From NCBI GenBank assembly GCA_963798915.1, contig CAWCVB010000015.1, positions 1 through 64,000 on the forward strand: a DNA stretch of 64,000 nucleotides, given 5' to 3'. Under the pieces are notes generated by a model. It did no database searches. It worked only from the letters and a program-made list of their open reading frames with translations, and was not told the DNA's origin. Shown here piece by piece: positions 10,991 through 23,138 of the stretch; the first letter of the stretch is position 1, and every line of letters starts with the position of its first letter. Both the position numbers and the translations under genes were made by a program. Origin of the DNA: an uncultured Gemmatimonadales bacterium. Lineage in GTDB: Bacteria; Gemmatimonadota; Gemmatimonadetes; Gemmatimonadales; GWC2-71-9.

Positions 10991-12399
10991 ATGTGCGGTA
11001 TCATCGGAGTTGCCAATCTGCCCGAGGCGGCGCGCCTGACGTATCTCGGCCTCTACGCCCTGCAGCACCGAGGGCAGGAGAGCGCAGGGATCGTGGCGCT
11101 GGACCACGCGGGAACACCGCGCGTGCATCGGGGCATGGGCCTGGTCTCCGAGAACTTCAACGATGCCGTCTTTGCCCGCTTGCCGGGCGACGTGGCCGTG
11201 GGCCACACCCGATATTCCACCTCCGGGAGCACGGTCCTGGCCAATGCGCAGCCGCTGCTCGCCAGCACCCGAAGCGGGCCTCTCTCGGTGGCGCACAACG
11301 GAAACCTGGTCAACGCCCATCTGCTGCGCGACAACCTGGTCGCCCAAGGCGCCATCTTCTCCTCATCAAGTGACAGCGAAGTGCTGGTGCACCTGATCGC
11401 TCGCTCGGCTGCCACCAGCCCGGATGACCAGATTCGCGATGCGCTGGAACAGGTGGACGGCGCATCCAGTCTCGTCATCTCGGTGGGGCGGACGCTGTAC
11501 GCCGCCGTCGACAGCCGCGGGTTTCGTCCGCTTGCGCTGGGCCGCCTCGGGACGGGCTTCGTGGTGGCCTCGGAGACCTGCGCGCTGGACCTGGTCGGCG
11601 CCACCATGGTGTGCGAGCTGCAACCGGGTGATTTCCTCAAGATCGAGGGCGGCCGGGTCATCCACCTGCCCCGGTTGGCCCCCAGGCCCATCTCCCGTTG
11701 TGTATTCGAGCTGGTCTACTTTGCGAGGCCTGACAGCACGGTGTTCGGCGAGTCGGTGGACCGCGCCCGGCGGGAGCTGGGCCGAGCGCTGGCGCGGGAG
11801 CATCCCGCTCCGGGCGCGGACGTGGTCTTCAGTGTTCCCGACAGTGCCAACGCCATGGCCCTGGGCTTCGCCGAGGAGTCCGGGATCAAGCTGGAGCACG
11901 GCCTGATCCGCAACCACTATGTCGGGCGCACATTCATCAATCCGACGCAGGCGCTGCGCATCGCGAAGGTCCGCATCAAGTTCAATCCTGTTCGCGAAGT
12001 GATCGAGGGAAAGCGTGTGGTAGTGGTGGATGACTCGCTGGTGCGTGGCAATACCAGTCGCGGGCTGGTGCAGATGATCCGCGCAGCTGGAGCGCGCGAG
12101 GTGCATCTTCGCCTCGCCTCGCCCCCGATCACCGGCCCCTGCCATTATGGTATCGACACGCCCAGCCGTGACGAATTGATCGGGTCGTCACACACCGTGG
12201 AGGAAATCCGGGCCTTCCTGGGTGTGGATTCCCTCGGCTACCTCAGTCTCCAGGGCATGCTGTCGGCCGCGGGACAGGCGCCGGGCGAGCCATCGCACTT
12301 CTGCCATGCCTGCTTCTCGGGCGACTACCCGACCGCCGCAGCCGAGGAGCTGGTCCAGCTGCGGCACGCTGCGCCGCTCGTGCCGGCGGAGGTGGGACC

Positions 12400-12403
<4 letters not shown>
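10991..12403 (+). CDS. purF: Amidophosphoribosyltransferase
   Basis: N-terminal MCG, QHRGQE, VDDSLVRGNT. Confidence 0.97.
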
Positions 12404-15066
<2,663 letters not shown>

Positions 15067-15187
15067 CGGGGTTGTCTCGCCCGTGGCCCTTCGGTTAGCC
15101 TACAGCCCCGCAGTGCTTCCGTAACGGCGCCGTCGATCGTGGTTGGCGGTGCCGCTCTTGTTCCCATTTTTGCTGGAGATGTCCGCA

Positions 15188-15871
15188 ATGCGCAGGAAGC
15201 TTCTTTCATTCTCGGCGCTGGGTGCCGTGCTGGCGCTCGCCGCCTGTGGCAACGACAACGGGCCGGGTGGCGATTCCTTGAGCACGCAGGAACAGGCCGC
15301 CCTGATTCAAGCCCTCAGCACCCATCAGGTCTTCGCCCCAGGCGCGTCGCTCGCCCTGAGCCCCCTCTTCAACGAGGCTACCGTCGGTACCATGGGCGAC
15401 TTCGCGGCAGTGGGGTCGCAGGTGAAGATCACGATCGTGGATGGCAGCACATCGACCACTTCGGTAATCACGTCGCTCACCGGATGGGCCGGACTCGATG
15501 CCGGCGCCAAGACGGTGGACAGCGCCCTGACCGTTGCGTCCTTCCTGCAGAACGCCGCCACCTTTCCATCGACCGTGCAGGCGGACCTTTCCGCTGAGGG
15601 CTACGCCACATATTACGACGGCACCTCCACGTATCTCGCCAATAGTGGCGACTTTGCCGTCACCAGCACCGCGTTCGGTTCAACCCAGGACTGTCCCAAC
15701 ATCGAGCCGGGCTCGGGCATCAATGCCTGCCGTTTCGCCGTCGGCACCATGACTGGCAGCTTTGATTTCGAGGCTGAGAATGCCTCGAACGACACCTACA
15801 CTCGCGGCAATACCTCATTCAGCGTTCCCGCGGTGCAGCTTTCGATCACGATCGACGCATCCGCCCAGTAG
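15188..15871 (+). CDS. Hypothetical lipoprotein, Ser/Thr/Gly-rich
   Basis: MRRKLLSFSALGAVLALAAC lipobox; GGAG RBS upstream. Confidence 0.75.
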   Translation: MRRKLLSFSALGAVLALAACGNDNGPGGDSLSTQEQAALIQALSTHQVFAPGASLALSPLFNEATVGTMGDFAAVGSQVKITIVDGSTSTTSVITSLTGWAGLDAGAKTVDSALTVASFLQNAATFPSTVQADLSAEGYATYYDGTSTYLANSGDFAVTSTAFGSTQDCPNIEPGSGINACRFAVGTMTGSFDFEAENASNDTYTRGNTSFSVPAVQLSITIDASAQ

Positions 15872-15974
15872 CCGGGACCACCGCGCCAGGCGCCGCGCGC
15901 AGCAGGAGCTGTCCGCGTCGCCTGCCCGGTCGCTGGGCCTATATTGAGGGCAGATCTCAACCAAACGGGCCACC

Positions 15975-16469
15975 ATGACAAAGCCACTGGTCGGGCTGGT
16001 GATGGGGAGCGACTCCGACTGGGACGTGATGCAGCACGCCGAGCTTCGCTTGCGCGAGTGCGGCGTGGCCTGTGAGCGGCGGATCATCTCGGCGCACCGT
16101 ACGCCGGACCTGTTGTTCGAATACGCCGCGAGTGCCGCCGACCGGGGGCTCCGCTGCATTATCGCTGGGGCGGGCGGCGCGGCCCATCTACCGGGCATGC
16201 TCGCGGCCAAGACCGTGCTCCCGGTGCTCGGCGTTCCCGTGCCCAGCCGGCACCTTCAAGGCCTCGATTCACTGCTCTCCATCGTTCAGATGCCTTCGGG
16301 TGTGCCCGTCGCAACTTTTGCGATCGGAACGGCCGGTGCGGCCAATGCCGGATTGTTCGCCGCCGCCATCCTGGCCACGACCGATGAGGCCCTCCGCACC
16401 AGATTGCAGCAACTCCGTGCCGCGCAGACGGACCGGGTGCTGGGGCTCTCTCTCCCCGATCCCGGATGA
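15975..16469 (+). CDS. purE: N5-CAIR mutase
   Basis: [24 protein letters not shown]. Confidence 0.96.
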   Translation: MTKPLVGLVMGSDSDWDVMQHAELRLRECGVACERRIISAHRTPDLLFEYAASAADRGLRCIIAGAGGAAHLPGMLAAKTVLPVLGVPVPSRHLQGLDSLLSIVQMPSGVPVATFAIGTAGAANAGLFAAAILATTDEALRTRLQQLRAAQTDRVLGLSLPDPG

Positions 16470-17605
16470 TTCTACCGACCGCCACCGTGGGCGTTCTCGG
16501 CGGCGGCCAGCTCGGGCGCATGTTTGTCTTTCGGGCTCACGAGATGGGTTACCGGACGGTCGTTCTGGACCCGGACCCGGTAAGCCCGGCCGGCACCGTT
16601 GCCGGCGAGCATCTCTGCGCTTCGTACGACGACGAAGCTGCACTCCGGAGCCTGGCCAAGCGCTGCCGCGCGGTCACGACCGAATTCGAGAACGTTCCAG
16701 CCGGGGCACTGGCCCTGCTCGCCGAGCTGACGGGCGTGAGCCCGTCCGCAGTCGCAGTGGCAATTGCGCAGGATCGCATCCTCGAGAAGACCCACTTTGC
16801 TGATGCCGGCTTCCCGACGGCCGCGTTCCTTCCGGTTCGCACCAGCGCGGACGCCAATTCCGCGTTTCAGCGTCTGGGCCGCTCGGCGCTCCTGAAGACC
16901 AGCCGGCTGGGATACGACGGAAAAGGTCAGGCGCAGGTCGAGTCTGCCAAGGAATGCATGGCTGCCTTCGCGCTGTTTGGGGGCGTGGAATGCATCCTGG
17001 AGGAACGGCTTGACCTCGAATGCGAACTGTCGGTGATCCTGGCTCGGGGCAGCGACGGGGAGACGGCGGTGTATCCAGCTGGCGAGAACGTTCATCGCGG
17101 CGGCATCCTGCACACCACGGTCGTCCCCGCTCGCGTCGCGCCCCCGCTCTCGGCGGATGCCGCCGGGTTGGCCGTGCGCGCGGCCGAGTCGCTGGATTAT
17201 GTGGGGGTGATGGGGTTGGAGCTGTTCGTAGCCGATGGGGGGCGGCTCTACCTGAACGAGATGGCGCCTCGGCCACACAACAGTGGTCACTACACCATTG
17301 ATGCGGCCGCTACGGACCAGTTCGAGCAGCAATTGCGGGCCATGTGCCAACTCCCGCTCGGTTCGACCCGGCTCCTGTCTCCGGTCGCGATGGTGAACCT
17401 CCTGGGCGACCTCTGGACCGACGGCGAGCCCAAGTGGGGCGGCGCATTGGCCGTTCCAGGCGTGCGGCTTCATCTGTATGGCAAGGCCGAGCCCCGCATG
17501 GGCCGGAAGATGGGTCACCTCACCTGCGTATCGGAGTCACCCGACGCGGCGCTCAAGGGTGTGCTCGAGGCCTACAACAGGCTGGATGGCGCGGCGCTCA
17601 CCTGA
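16466..17605 (+). CDS. purK: N5-CAIR synthetase
   Basis: [32 protein letters not shown]. Confidence 0.96.
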   Translation: MILPTATVGVLGGGQLGRMFVFRAHEMGYRTVVLDPDPVSPAGTVAGEHLCASYDDEAALRSLAKRCRAVTTEFENVPAGALALLAELTGVSPSAVAVAIAQDRILEKTHFADAGFPTAAFLPVRTSADANSAFQRLGRSALLKTSRLGYDGKGQAQVESAKECMAAFALFGGVECILEERLDLECELSVILARGSDGETAVYPAGENVHRGGILHTTVVPARVAPPLSADAAGLAVRAAESLDYVGVMGLELFVADGGRLYLNEMAPRPHNSGHYTIDAAATDQFEQQLRAMCQLPLGSTRLLSPVAMVNLLGDLWTDGEPKWGGALAVPGVRLHLYGKAEPRMGRKMGHLTCVSESPDAALKGVLEAYNRLDGAALT

Positions 17606-17688
17606 GGTGAAGCAGGCTCATGCTTCAGGCCATGATTAGGTACAGGTCACGTAACTTGTGATGTCACAAAAGACTGCTGTGACAATAG

Positions 17689-18075
17689 TTACACGTCACC
17701 TGCATTATGTTCATCCCGGGGTTCTGCCGTAATCTCCTCGCGGCTCCCGCCGCTCCGCCGCCGGGCCAGGGCACTCGAACGCCAGGTCCGGAGCTCCGCC
17801 GCCAGCCCTCCACCGAAGGCGCCGAGCAGCAGTGGCCCCAGATTGAGCAGCGAGAGCGCGGCAGCACCGAGGCCCGCCAGCACGCCCCAGAAGGCGTCGG
17901 TCAGGTAGGTCACCCCGGCAAATGTCATGATGAAGAGCAGCACGGCTGGGAGGAACACCGCCGCGAAGGCGCGGCCCACGGAGCCCGCCTTCCAGCCACC
18001 CACCAGTCCGGCAACCAGAGGGCCGGCGACTGGAATCCAGAAGAGCAGCATGGAGAGCCCGCCCATCCAGTTCAT
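17689..18075 (-). CDS. Hypothetical small membrane protein (start uncertain; GTG at 18111 or 18123 possible)
   Basis: About 4 Gly-rich hydrophobic segments (LLFWIPVAGPLVAGLVGGWKAG...). Confidence 0.65.
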   Translation of the reverse strand: MNWMGGLSMLLFWIPVAGPLVAGLVGGWKAGSVGRAFAAVFLPAVLLFIMTFAGVTYLTDAFWGVLAGLGAAALSLLNLGPLLLGAFGGGLAAELRTWRSSALARRRSGGSREEITAEPRDEHNAGDV

Positions 18076-18116
18076 GGCGCTTATGAGCTGACGGCGGCGC
18101 GAGGGATTCACGGGAG

Positions 18117-18177
18117 AAGTCACAAGTCGCGGGTCTCGAGTCGCGGGTCTCATGACCCGCAGCCCGGGACTCGCGAC
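18117..18177. repeat. Degenerate heptamer tandem array with inverted copy at the tmRNA 3' end
   Basis: AAGTCAC AAGTCGC GGGTCTC GAGTCGC GGGTCTC at GACCCGC AGCCCGG GACTCGC GAC. Confidence 0.7.
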
Positions 18178-18179
18178 CA

Positions 18180-18539
18180 TGGAGGCGCAGGGAATCGAAC
18201 CCTGGTCCGAATCGGCATCCAAAACAGCGCCTACGTGCGTAGACCGGATTTCCTGCCGTCGTCGCTGTCCGGTAGCCGGACCACCGTGCAGCAATCTATC
18301 TCTTGGATCTCACACCGTCCGTCAGAGTTCCAGACGATGCCAGCCCGGATTTGCGATCCGATGGCAGCGCCCCAGGCGGGCTCTGCTCAACGGAGGTGCG
18401 TAAAGCGAGACTAGCTCAGCTTACGCAGCCAGTGCCATTTCTGAGTTGGCAGTTGAAACGTTCCAAGCGGTTTTACCAGGAACCTGGACCTGGGCACGCA
18501 GCCATTTCTTCACCCGACCCGTCGAAGCCAGTCGCCCCC
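18180..18539 (-). ncRNA. ssrA: tmRNA, tag (A)ANSEMALAA*, CCA not encoded
   Basis: 5' GGGGGCGACTGGCTTCGAC; 3' T-arm CAGGGTTCGATTCCCTG-CGCCTCCA; Ala acceptor stem with G3:U; tag frame at 18450-18421. Confidence 0.96.
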
Positions 18540-18584
18540 GGATCAAGAGGAAATATAACCAGCAAGGAATAGGCCGGGAAGGAG

Positions 18585-18620
18585 CGGCGAGACGGCGAGA
18601 CGGCGAGACGGCGAGACGGC
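18585..18620. repeat. Octamer tandem repeat (CGGCGAGA)x4.5 upstream of tmRNA
   Basis: Read directly from sequence. Confidence 0.85.
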
Positions 18621-18720
18621 TTGCGAAGCTCGCCCGTGCCGTCACCCCGGTGCCAACCGGGGTCCATGAGGGATCGGGATCCCGGCGTGGCGGCTCATTC
18701 GGGTGAGCCCTCATGGATTC

Positions 18721-19759
18721 CCTAGATTCACAAACGAAGTGCAACACCTTGGGGGTGAGGTGTTGCCATGGGCGCTCATTACACGCAGTTCACCCTCGAG
18801 GAGCGGTGCACCCTGGCCCGTCTGCAGGCCGCCGGGCGCTCGCTCCGCCAAATCGCAGCAGCTCTGGGTCGCGCGCCATCGAGCGTGGCTCGGGAAGTGA
18901 GGCGCAATATGGGCCGCCAGGTCGGCTATGCCCCCGCGTACGCCGAGCAGCAAGCCCGGGCCCGGCGCTGGCACGGCTTGCGCCTGGAGCGCGATCCGGC
19001 CCTCCAGGACGACGTGCTGGAGCGCCTGAAGGCCGGCTGGTCGCCGGCCCAGGTCGTGGGGCGGCTTGCCCGCGAGGCGGGCCATGCGGTGCTCAGTCAC
19101 GAGACGATCTACCGCTTCGTGTATGCCCAGATCCGCCGCACCAACGACTACACCTGGCGGCACTACTTGCCCCGCGGCCAAGAGTCGCCGCGGCTGGCGC
19201 GGGCGCAAGGGGGGCTCGCCGGCCGAGCACATCCAGGGCCGGGTGGGCATCGCTGAGCGCCCGGCCGCGGTCGCCACCCGCAGCGAGGCGGGCCACTGGG
19301 AGGCGGATCTCATGCTTTTTGCCCGCTACGGCCAAGCCGTGTTGACGATCCACGAGCGCCAGTCGCGCTTCCTCTGGCTGCACCGGCAACCGAGCAAGGC
19401 GGCCGCCCCCGTGGCGCAGGCGCTGCGCGGCTTTTTCGGGTCCCTGCCGCCGAGCCTGCGGCAGAGCGTGACCTTTGACAACGGCACCGAATTCGCCCAG
19501 CACCGGCAGCTCCACTCCCTGGCCATGCGGACCTATTTCTGTGATCCGCATGCCCCATGGCAGAAGGGTGGCATCGAGAACGCCATCGGCCGGCTGCGGC
19601 GCACCCTGCCGCGCAAGACCGACCTCGCCACGCTGACCGCGGCGGCGCTGGACCGGCTGGTCCTGCGGCTACAATCACACGCCACGCGCCTGCCTCGACT
19701 TTCAGACCCCCGCCGAGGTCTTTGGCGCTCAGCTGTTGCACTTCAACTGTGAGTCCACC
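18721..19759 (+). mobile_element. IS30-family insertion sequence, about 1039 bp, 26-bp imperfect terminal IRs, 2-3 bp direct repeat (TC/TTC)
   Basis: IRL CCTAGATTCACAAACGAAGTGCAACA; IRR reverse complement GGTGGACTCACAGTTGAAGTGCAACA. Confidence 0.9.
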
Positions 19760-19780
19760 TTCCTGCTTTCGCAGGAATGA
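18768..19780 (+). pseudogene. IS30 transposase with two +1 frameshifts (about 19179 and 19668); real lesion or sequencing error
   Basis: N-terminal HTH, WSPAQV, SHETIYRFVY, GHWEAD, TFDNGTEF, PWQKGGIEN, YNHTPRACLDFQTPAE spread over three frames. Confidence 0.85.
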
Positions 19781-19833
19781 CGTGGCTCGGATTCAGAACA
19801 CACGGCTGACGACCGGCGATCGACGACCCTCCC

Positions 19834-21252
19834 TTACCGCACCCGCTCGGCCACGACCACCCGGTCCCTGCCCTGCTCCTTGGCCTGATACAGGGCCCGA
19901 TCCGCCTGTGCCGGCAGGTTGTCGATGGCGCGGCTGGTTTCCGGGCACGCTGCCACACCGAGCGACGCCGAGAGCGCCGGGGTACTGCCCTGCCACTCCC
20001 AGGGCCGGGACACCAGTGCCGCCCGGATGCGTTCGGCAATCACGCGGCCGACCTCCAGCGAAGCGTCGGGCAGCCAGACGACGAACTCCTCGCCGCCGAC
20101 ACGCGCCACCGTGTCCATGCTGCGCACCTGATCGCGCAGCAGGGCTGCGAGGTGCACCAGGGCAGAGTCCCCGGCCGCGTGCCCCAGGCGGTCGTTGATC
20201 TTCTTGAAGTGGTCCAGGTCAATGGCGATGACCGCGCCACCCGCCAGCTTGGCCCGATGCATGGCGCGCTGCAACTCGGCGCGGTTACCGAGCCCGGTAA
20301 GCGGGTCGCTGAAGGCGCCCCGCTCGCTGATCTCATGCTCCTGGGCAATGTCGAGTCGTGTCCCTGCTTCCCGAATCGATTCCCGGATTTCGGCCAGGCG
20401 GCCGCCGATAGGTTCCACCCCTCCGGGCAACCAAAGTGCCACGGCCCCGCAGACTCGCTGTGCGCGGCCGATGATTGGCTCCAGCTGGACCAGGACCGGC
20501 CGCTGGCGCCGATCCGTTGTCGTGCCGCCCAGTGGATCGCCGCGAACGGTCATGCCGTCCATGGTGCCGCGGAGGACCTTGTCCAGATCACAGTCGGGCG
20601 GAATGATTTTGTTCAGCAGCCGCCGGTCTCCGTGTCCCGACACGCCGACAATCCGGGCTCCGTCCGGATCTGCCGACGCGACAATCACGGCGCCATTGGT
20701 GGTCCGTTCGAGCTGGTAGGCAAGCCGAAGCCCAACACTGCCCACCGACTCGATGGCTATTCGATCGGGGCGGGCCTGCGCGAATTCGACCACCTCCGGG
20801 CGCCGCTTGAGCCCCTCCAGGAGACGATCGAGATCCTCCGTAACCTCGGGACTCGGGGTTGCGCCGGCCGGCACCAGCAACGCGACGGCGAAGCGGTTGC
20901 TGCTGCGGATCACGAGTGTGCCGGCCTGCAGCCGCTCGACGCCGCTACGCTCACTGTCGCGAGCGGCCTCGACCCGGCGGTCCAGGGCCACGACGACATC
21001 GACGGCCAGGCGGTCCGCGTCGATCACGCGTTCGATGATCGGTTCGTCATCACCGACGGCTCGCTCGGACAGCCAGACGCCCAGGGCAGTGTGGGCCCGG
21101 AGCAGCCAGCGAAGGGCGGGCTCCGGCAGCAGTTCCGGGCCGGCCGTGGCCCGCGTGGCCAGTCCGGTGTGCGTGGCTGCACGTCCGAATCGCCGGTGCG
21201 CAAACCACCCAGCGAGGAGGCCGACCAGGAGCGTCAGGAGAAAGGGTGTCAC
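19834..21252 (-). CDS. Membrane-anchored diguanylate cyclase
   Basis: DPLTGLGNR, DLDHFKKIND, GHAAGD, RVGGEEF; N-terminal TM helix. Confidence 0.9.
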   Translation of the reverse strand: MTPFLLTLLVGLLAGWFAHRRFGRAATHTGLATRATAGPELLPEPALRWLLRAHTALGVWLSERAVGDDEPIIERVIDADRLAVDVVVALDRRVEAARDSERSGVERLQAGTLVIRSSNRFAVALLVPAGATPSPEVTEDLDRLLEGLKRRPEVVEFAQARPDRIAIESVGSVGLRLAYQLERTTNGAVIVASADPDGARIVGVSGHGDRRLLNKIIPPDCDLDKVLRGTMDGMTVRGDPLGGTTTDRRQRPVLVQLEPIIGRAQRVCGAVALWLPGGVEPIGGRLAEIRESIREAGTRLDIAQEHEISERGAFSDPLTGLGNRAELQRAMHRAKLAGGAVIAIDLDHFKKINDRLGHAAGDSALVHLAALLRDQVRSMDTVARVGGEEFVVWLPDASLEVGRVIAERIRAALVSRPWEWQGSTPALSASLGVAACPETSRAIDNLPAQADRALYQAKEQGRDRVVVAERVR

Positions 21253-21995
21253 GCCGAGAGGATGCGGCTGGCCGCGACGGCGGCGCCGAAGCCATTGTCA
21301 ATGTTGACCACGGTCACGCCGGAGGCGCAGGAATTCAGCATGCCGAGCAATGCCGCCACGCCACCGAAGGACGCGCCGTATCCCACGCTCGTCGGCACCG
21401 CGATCACCGGCTGCGGCAGCAGTCCGCCGACCACGCTTGGCAGCGCGCCTTCCATGCCAGCCACAACAATCACCACATCCGCGGCGCGCAACCGCTTCTC
21501 CTCGGCGAAGAGCCGATGCAGCCCGGCGACACCAACATCCACCAGGCGCTCCACTCCATGCCCGAACGCCTCGGCCACGGCCGCCGCCTCTTCCGCCACT
21601 GGCAGGTCGCTGGTGCCGGCACACACGACGGCGATGCTGCCGATCCGCTCGGCCGGCGCGTGGGCCTCAAGATACGCCACACGCCCGGCTTCGTTCCATT
21701 GGAGCGTGGGATACTGCTGTCCCAGGAGCGAGCGCTGCTCCGCCGTCACGCGGGTTGCGAGAAAGCCCCCGGTGGCATGCTCGAGCCGTTGACAGATGGC
21801 GAGGACCTGCCCGGCGGTCTTGGCGTGGCAGAATACGACTTCCGGCCGACCCTGGCGGAGCGCCCGATGATGGTCAATGGTGGCGAAGGGAAGCTGTTCA
21901 GAGGGGAAATAACGTAGCTGTTCGAGTGCAGCCGACACACCTAGCTGCCCGGAGGCCACTGCGGCAAGCAGCTCGGACAGCGCCGATGGCGTCAC
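21249..21995 (-). CDS. larB: LarB (nickel-pincer cofactor carboxylase, PurE-like fold)
   Basis: AGTSDLPVAEEA, DVGVAGLHRL, AGMEGALPSV, PTSVGYG, VVNIDNGFGAA. Confidence 0.9.
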   Translation of the reverse strand: MTPSALSELLAAVASGQLGVSAALEQLRYFPSEQLPFATIDHHRALRQGRPEVVFCHAKTAGQVLAICQRLEHATGGFLATRVTAEQRSLLGQQYPTLQWNEAGRVAYLEAHAPAERIGSIAVVCAGTSDLPVAEEAAAVAEAFGHGVERLVDVGVAGLHRLFAEEKRLRAADVVIVVAGMEGALPSVVGGLLPQPVIAVPTSVGYGASFGGVAALLGMLNSCASGVTVVNIDNGFGAAVAASRILSA

Positions 21996-22987
21996 GCCAC
22001 GCGCTGGACCGCCAGCAAGTCGCGATCCAGGTAGGCGTGGAAGATCTGCTCGGCCTCGGACATGCATTCCACCTGGAAGAGGCGCTGGCGCAGCTCACTC
22101 GCCGCATGCAGTCCGCGAGTGTACCAGCCAAGATGCTTCCGGAACTCGATGACGGTCTTCCGTGAATCACCCTGCAGCCGAAGTGCGAGCTGCGCATGGC
22201 GGAGTGCCACCCGGAACCGCTCGCGCGCATCCGGCGCTGGTGGGGCTGCCTTGCCGGCCAGCAAGGCCTGCGCATCGCGGAATATCCACGGATTGCCGAA
22301 GGCGCCCCGGCCCACCATGACCCCCGCACATCCCGTATGCTGCCGCATCCGCACTACATCCTCTGCCGTCTGGATATCACCATTCCCGATCACGGGAATG
22401 TCGAGCGCCTCGACGACGCGTGCGATCTCGTCCCAGTCAGCGTGACCCGAGAACATCTGGGTTCGCGTCCTCGCATGGAGCGTGAACGCGCGCGCGCCGG
22501 CATCCTGCATCAGCAGCGCGATCTCAACCGGCGTACGCGCCTCCTCATTCCAGCCGGAGCGGGTCTTGACGGTAACCGGAAGGTGCGTCGCGCCGATGAC
22601 CGCCCGGATAATCCGACGCACCAGGCCGAGGTCCTTGAGGCATCCGGATCCGCCATTGCGCCTGACGACTTTCTTGACGGGGCAGCCGAAATTGATGTCG
22701 ATGAATTCTGGCGCGTAGTGCTCCGTTATGAGCGCAGCAGCCTCGGCCATGGCATCAGGATCGGCACCATAGATCTGGATGCCGATGGGGCGCTCACACG
22801 CTTCGAATTCGGCGCCTTCCAGCGTGCTGCGGATGCGGCGGCGGATGGCCTCCGAGGACAGGAACTCCGACAGCACCACGTCCGCCCCCATTTCACGGCA
22901 GATCTGCCGGAAGGGTGCCTCGGAGACGCCCGCCATGGGCGCCAGTGAGAGCGCGAACGGATGCGCGGACGGATAGGGCAAGTGCAT
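21992..22987 (-). CDS. dusB: tRNA-dihydrouridine synthase
   Basis: LAPMAG, DINFGCPV, HARTR, GNGDI. Confidence 0.92.
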   Translation of the reverse strand: MHLPYPSAHPFALSLAPMAGVSEAPFRQICREMGADVVLSEFLSSEAIRRRIRSTLEGAEFEACERPIGIQIYGADPDAMAEAAALITEHYAPEFIDINFGCPVKKVVRRNGGSGCLKDLGLVRRIIRAVIGATHLPVTVKTRSGWNEEARTPVEIALLMQDAGARAFTLHARTRTQMFSGHADWDEIARVVEALDIPVIGNGDIQTAEDVVRMRQHTGCAGVMVGRGAFGNPWIFRDAQALLAGKAAPPAPDARERFRVALRHAQLALRLQGDSRKTVIEFRKHLGWYTRGLHAASELRQRLFQVECMSEAEQIFHAYLDRDLLAVQRVA

Positions 22988-23138
22988 GGGAGGAAAATAG
23001 GTTTGCGCTGGGGCGACGGCAATCCGCCGTCGCAGCCCAGTCCGTGCCACCCGCACTGGCGAGATCCGGAACCACGGCGCAGATTGACAATGTCGGACCT
23101 CCATTCAAATCCGCTCACATCACCTGCAGGAGCCCCTC

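Larger units (their letters stand above)
18640..19782. repeat. CGTC-tagged REP doublet (REPIN/BIME-like) interrupted by IS30
   Basis: Left arm CGTCACCCCGG-TGCCAA-CCGGGGTCCA; right arm rebuilt across the IS as TGGATTC|CTGCTTTCGCAGGAATGACG; inner TCCATGAGGG/CCCTCATGGA inverted repeat. Confidence 0.75.

Noticed and set aside
17648..17695. Integron attC site
   Set aside because: GTAAC...GTTAC ends fit RYYYAAC/GTTRRRY poorly; single copy and no integrase.
18180..18210. Stand-alone tRNA or an island attachment site
   Set aside because: It is the tRNA-like 3' end of tmRNA; no duplicated 3' fragment or integrase was seen.
19170..19185. Programmed frameshift in the IS30 transposase
   Set aside because: IS30 transposases are normally a single ORF; no slippery site, and the same +1 pattern occurs in housekeeping genes.
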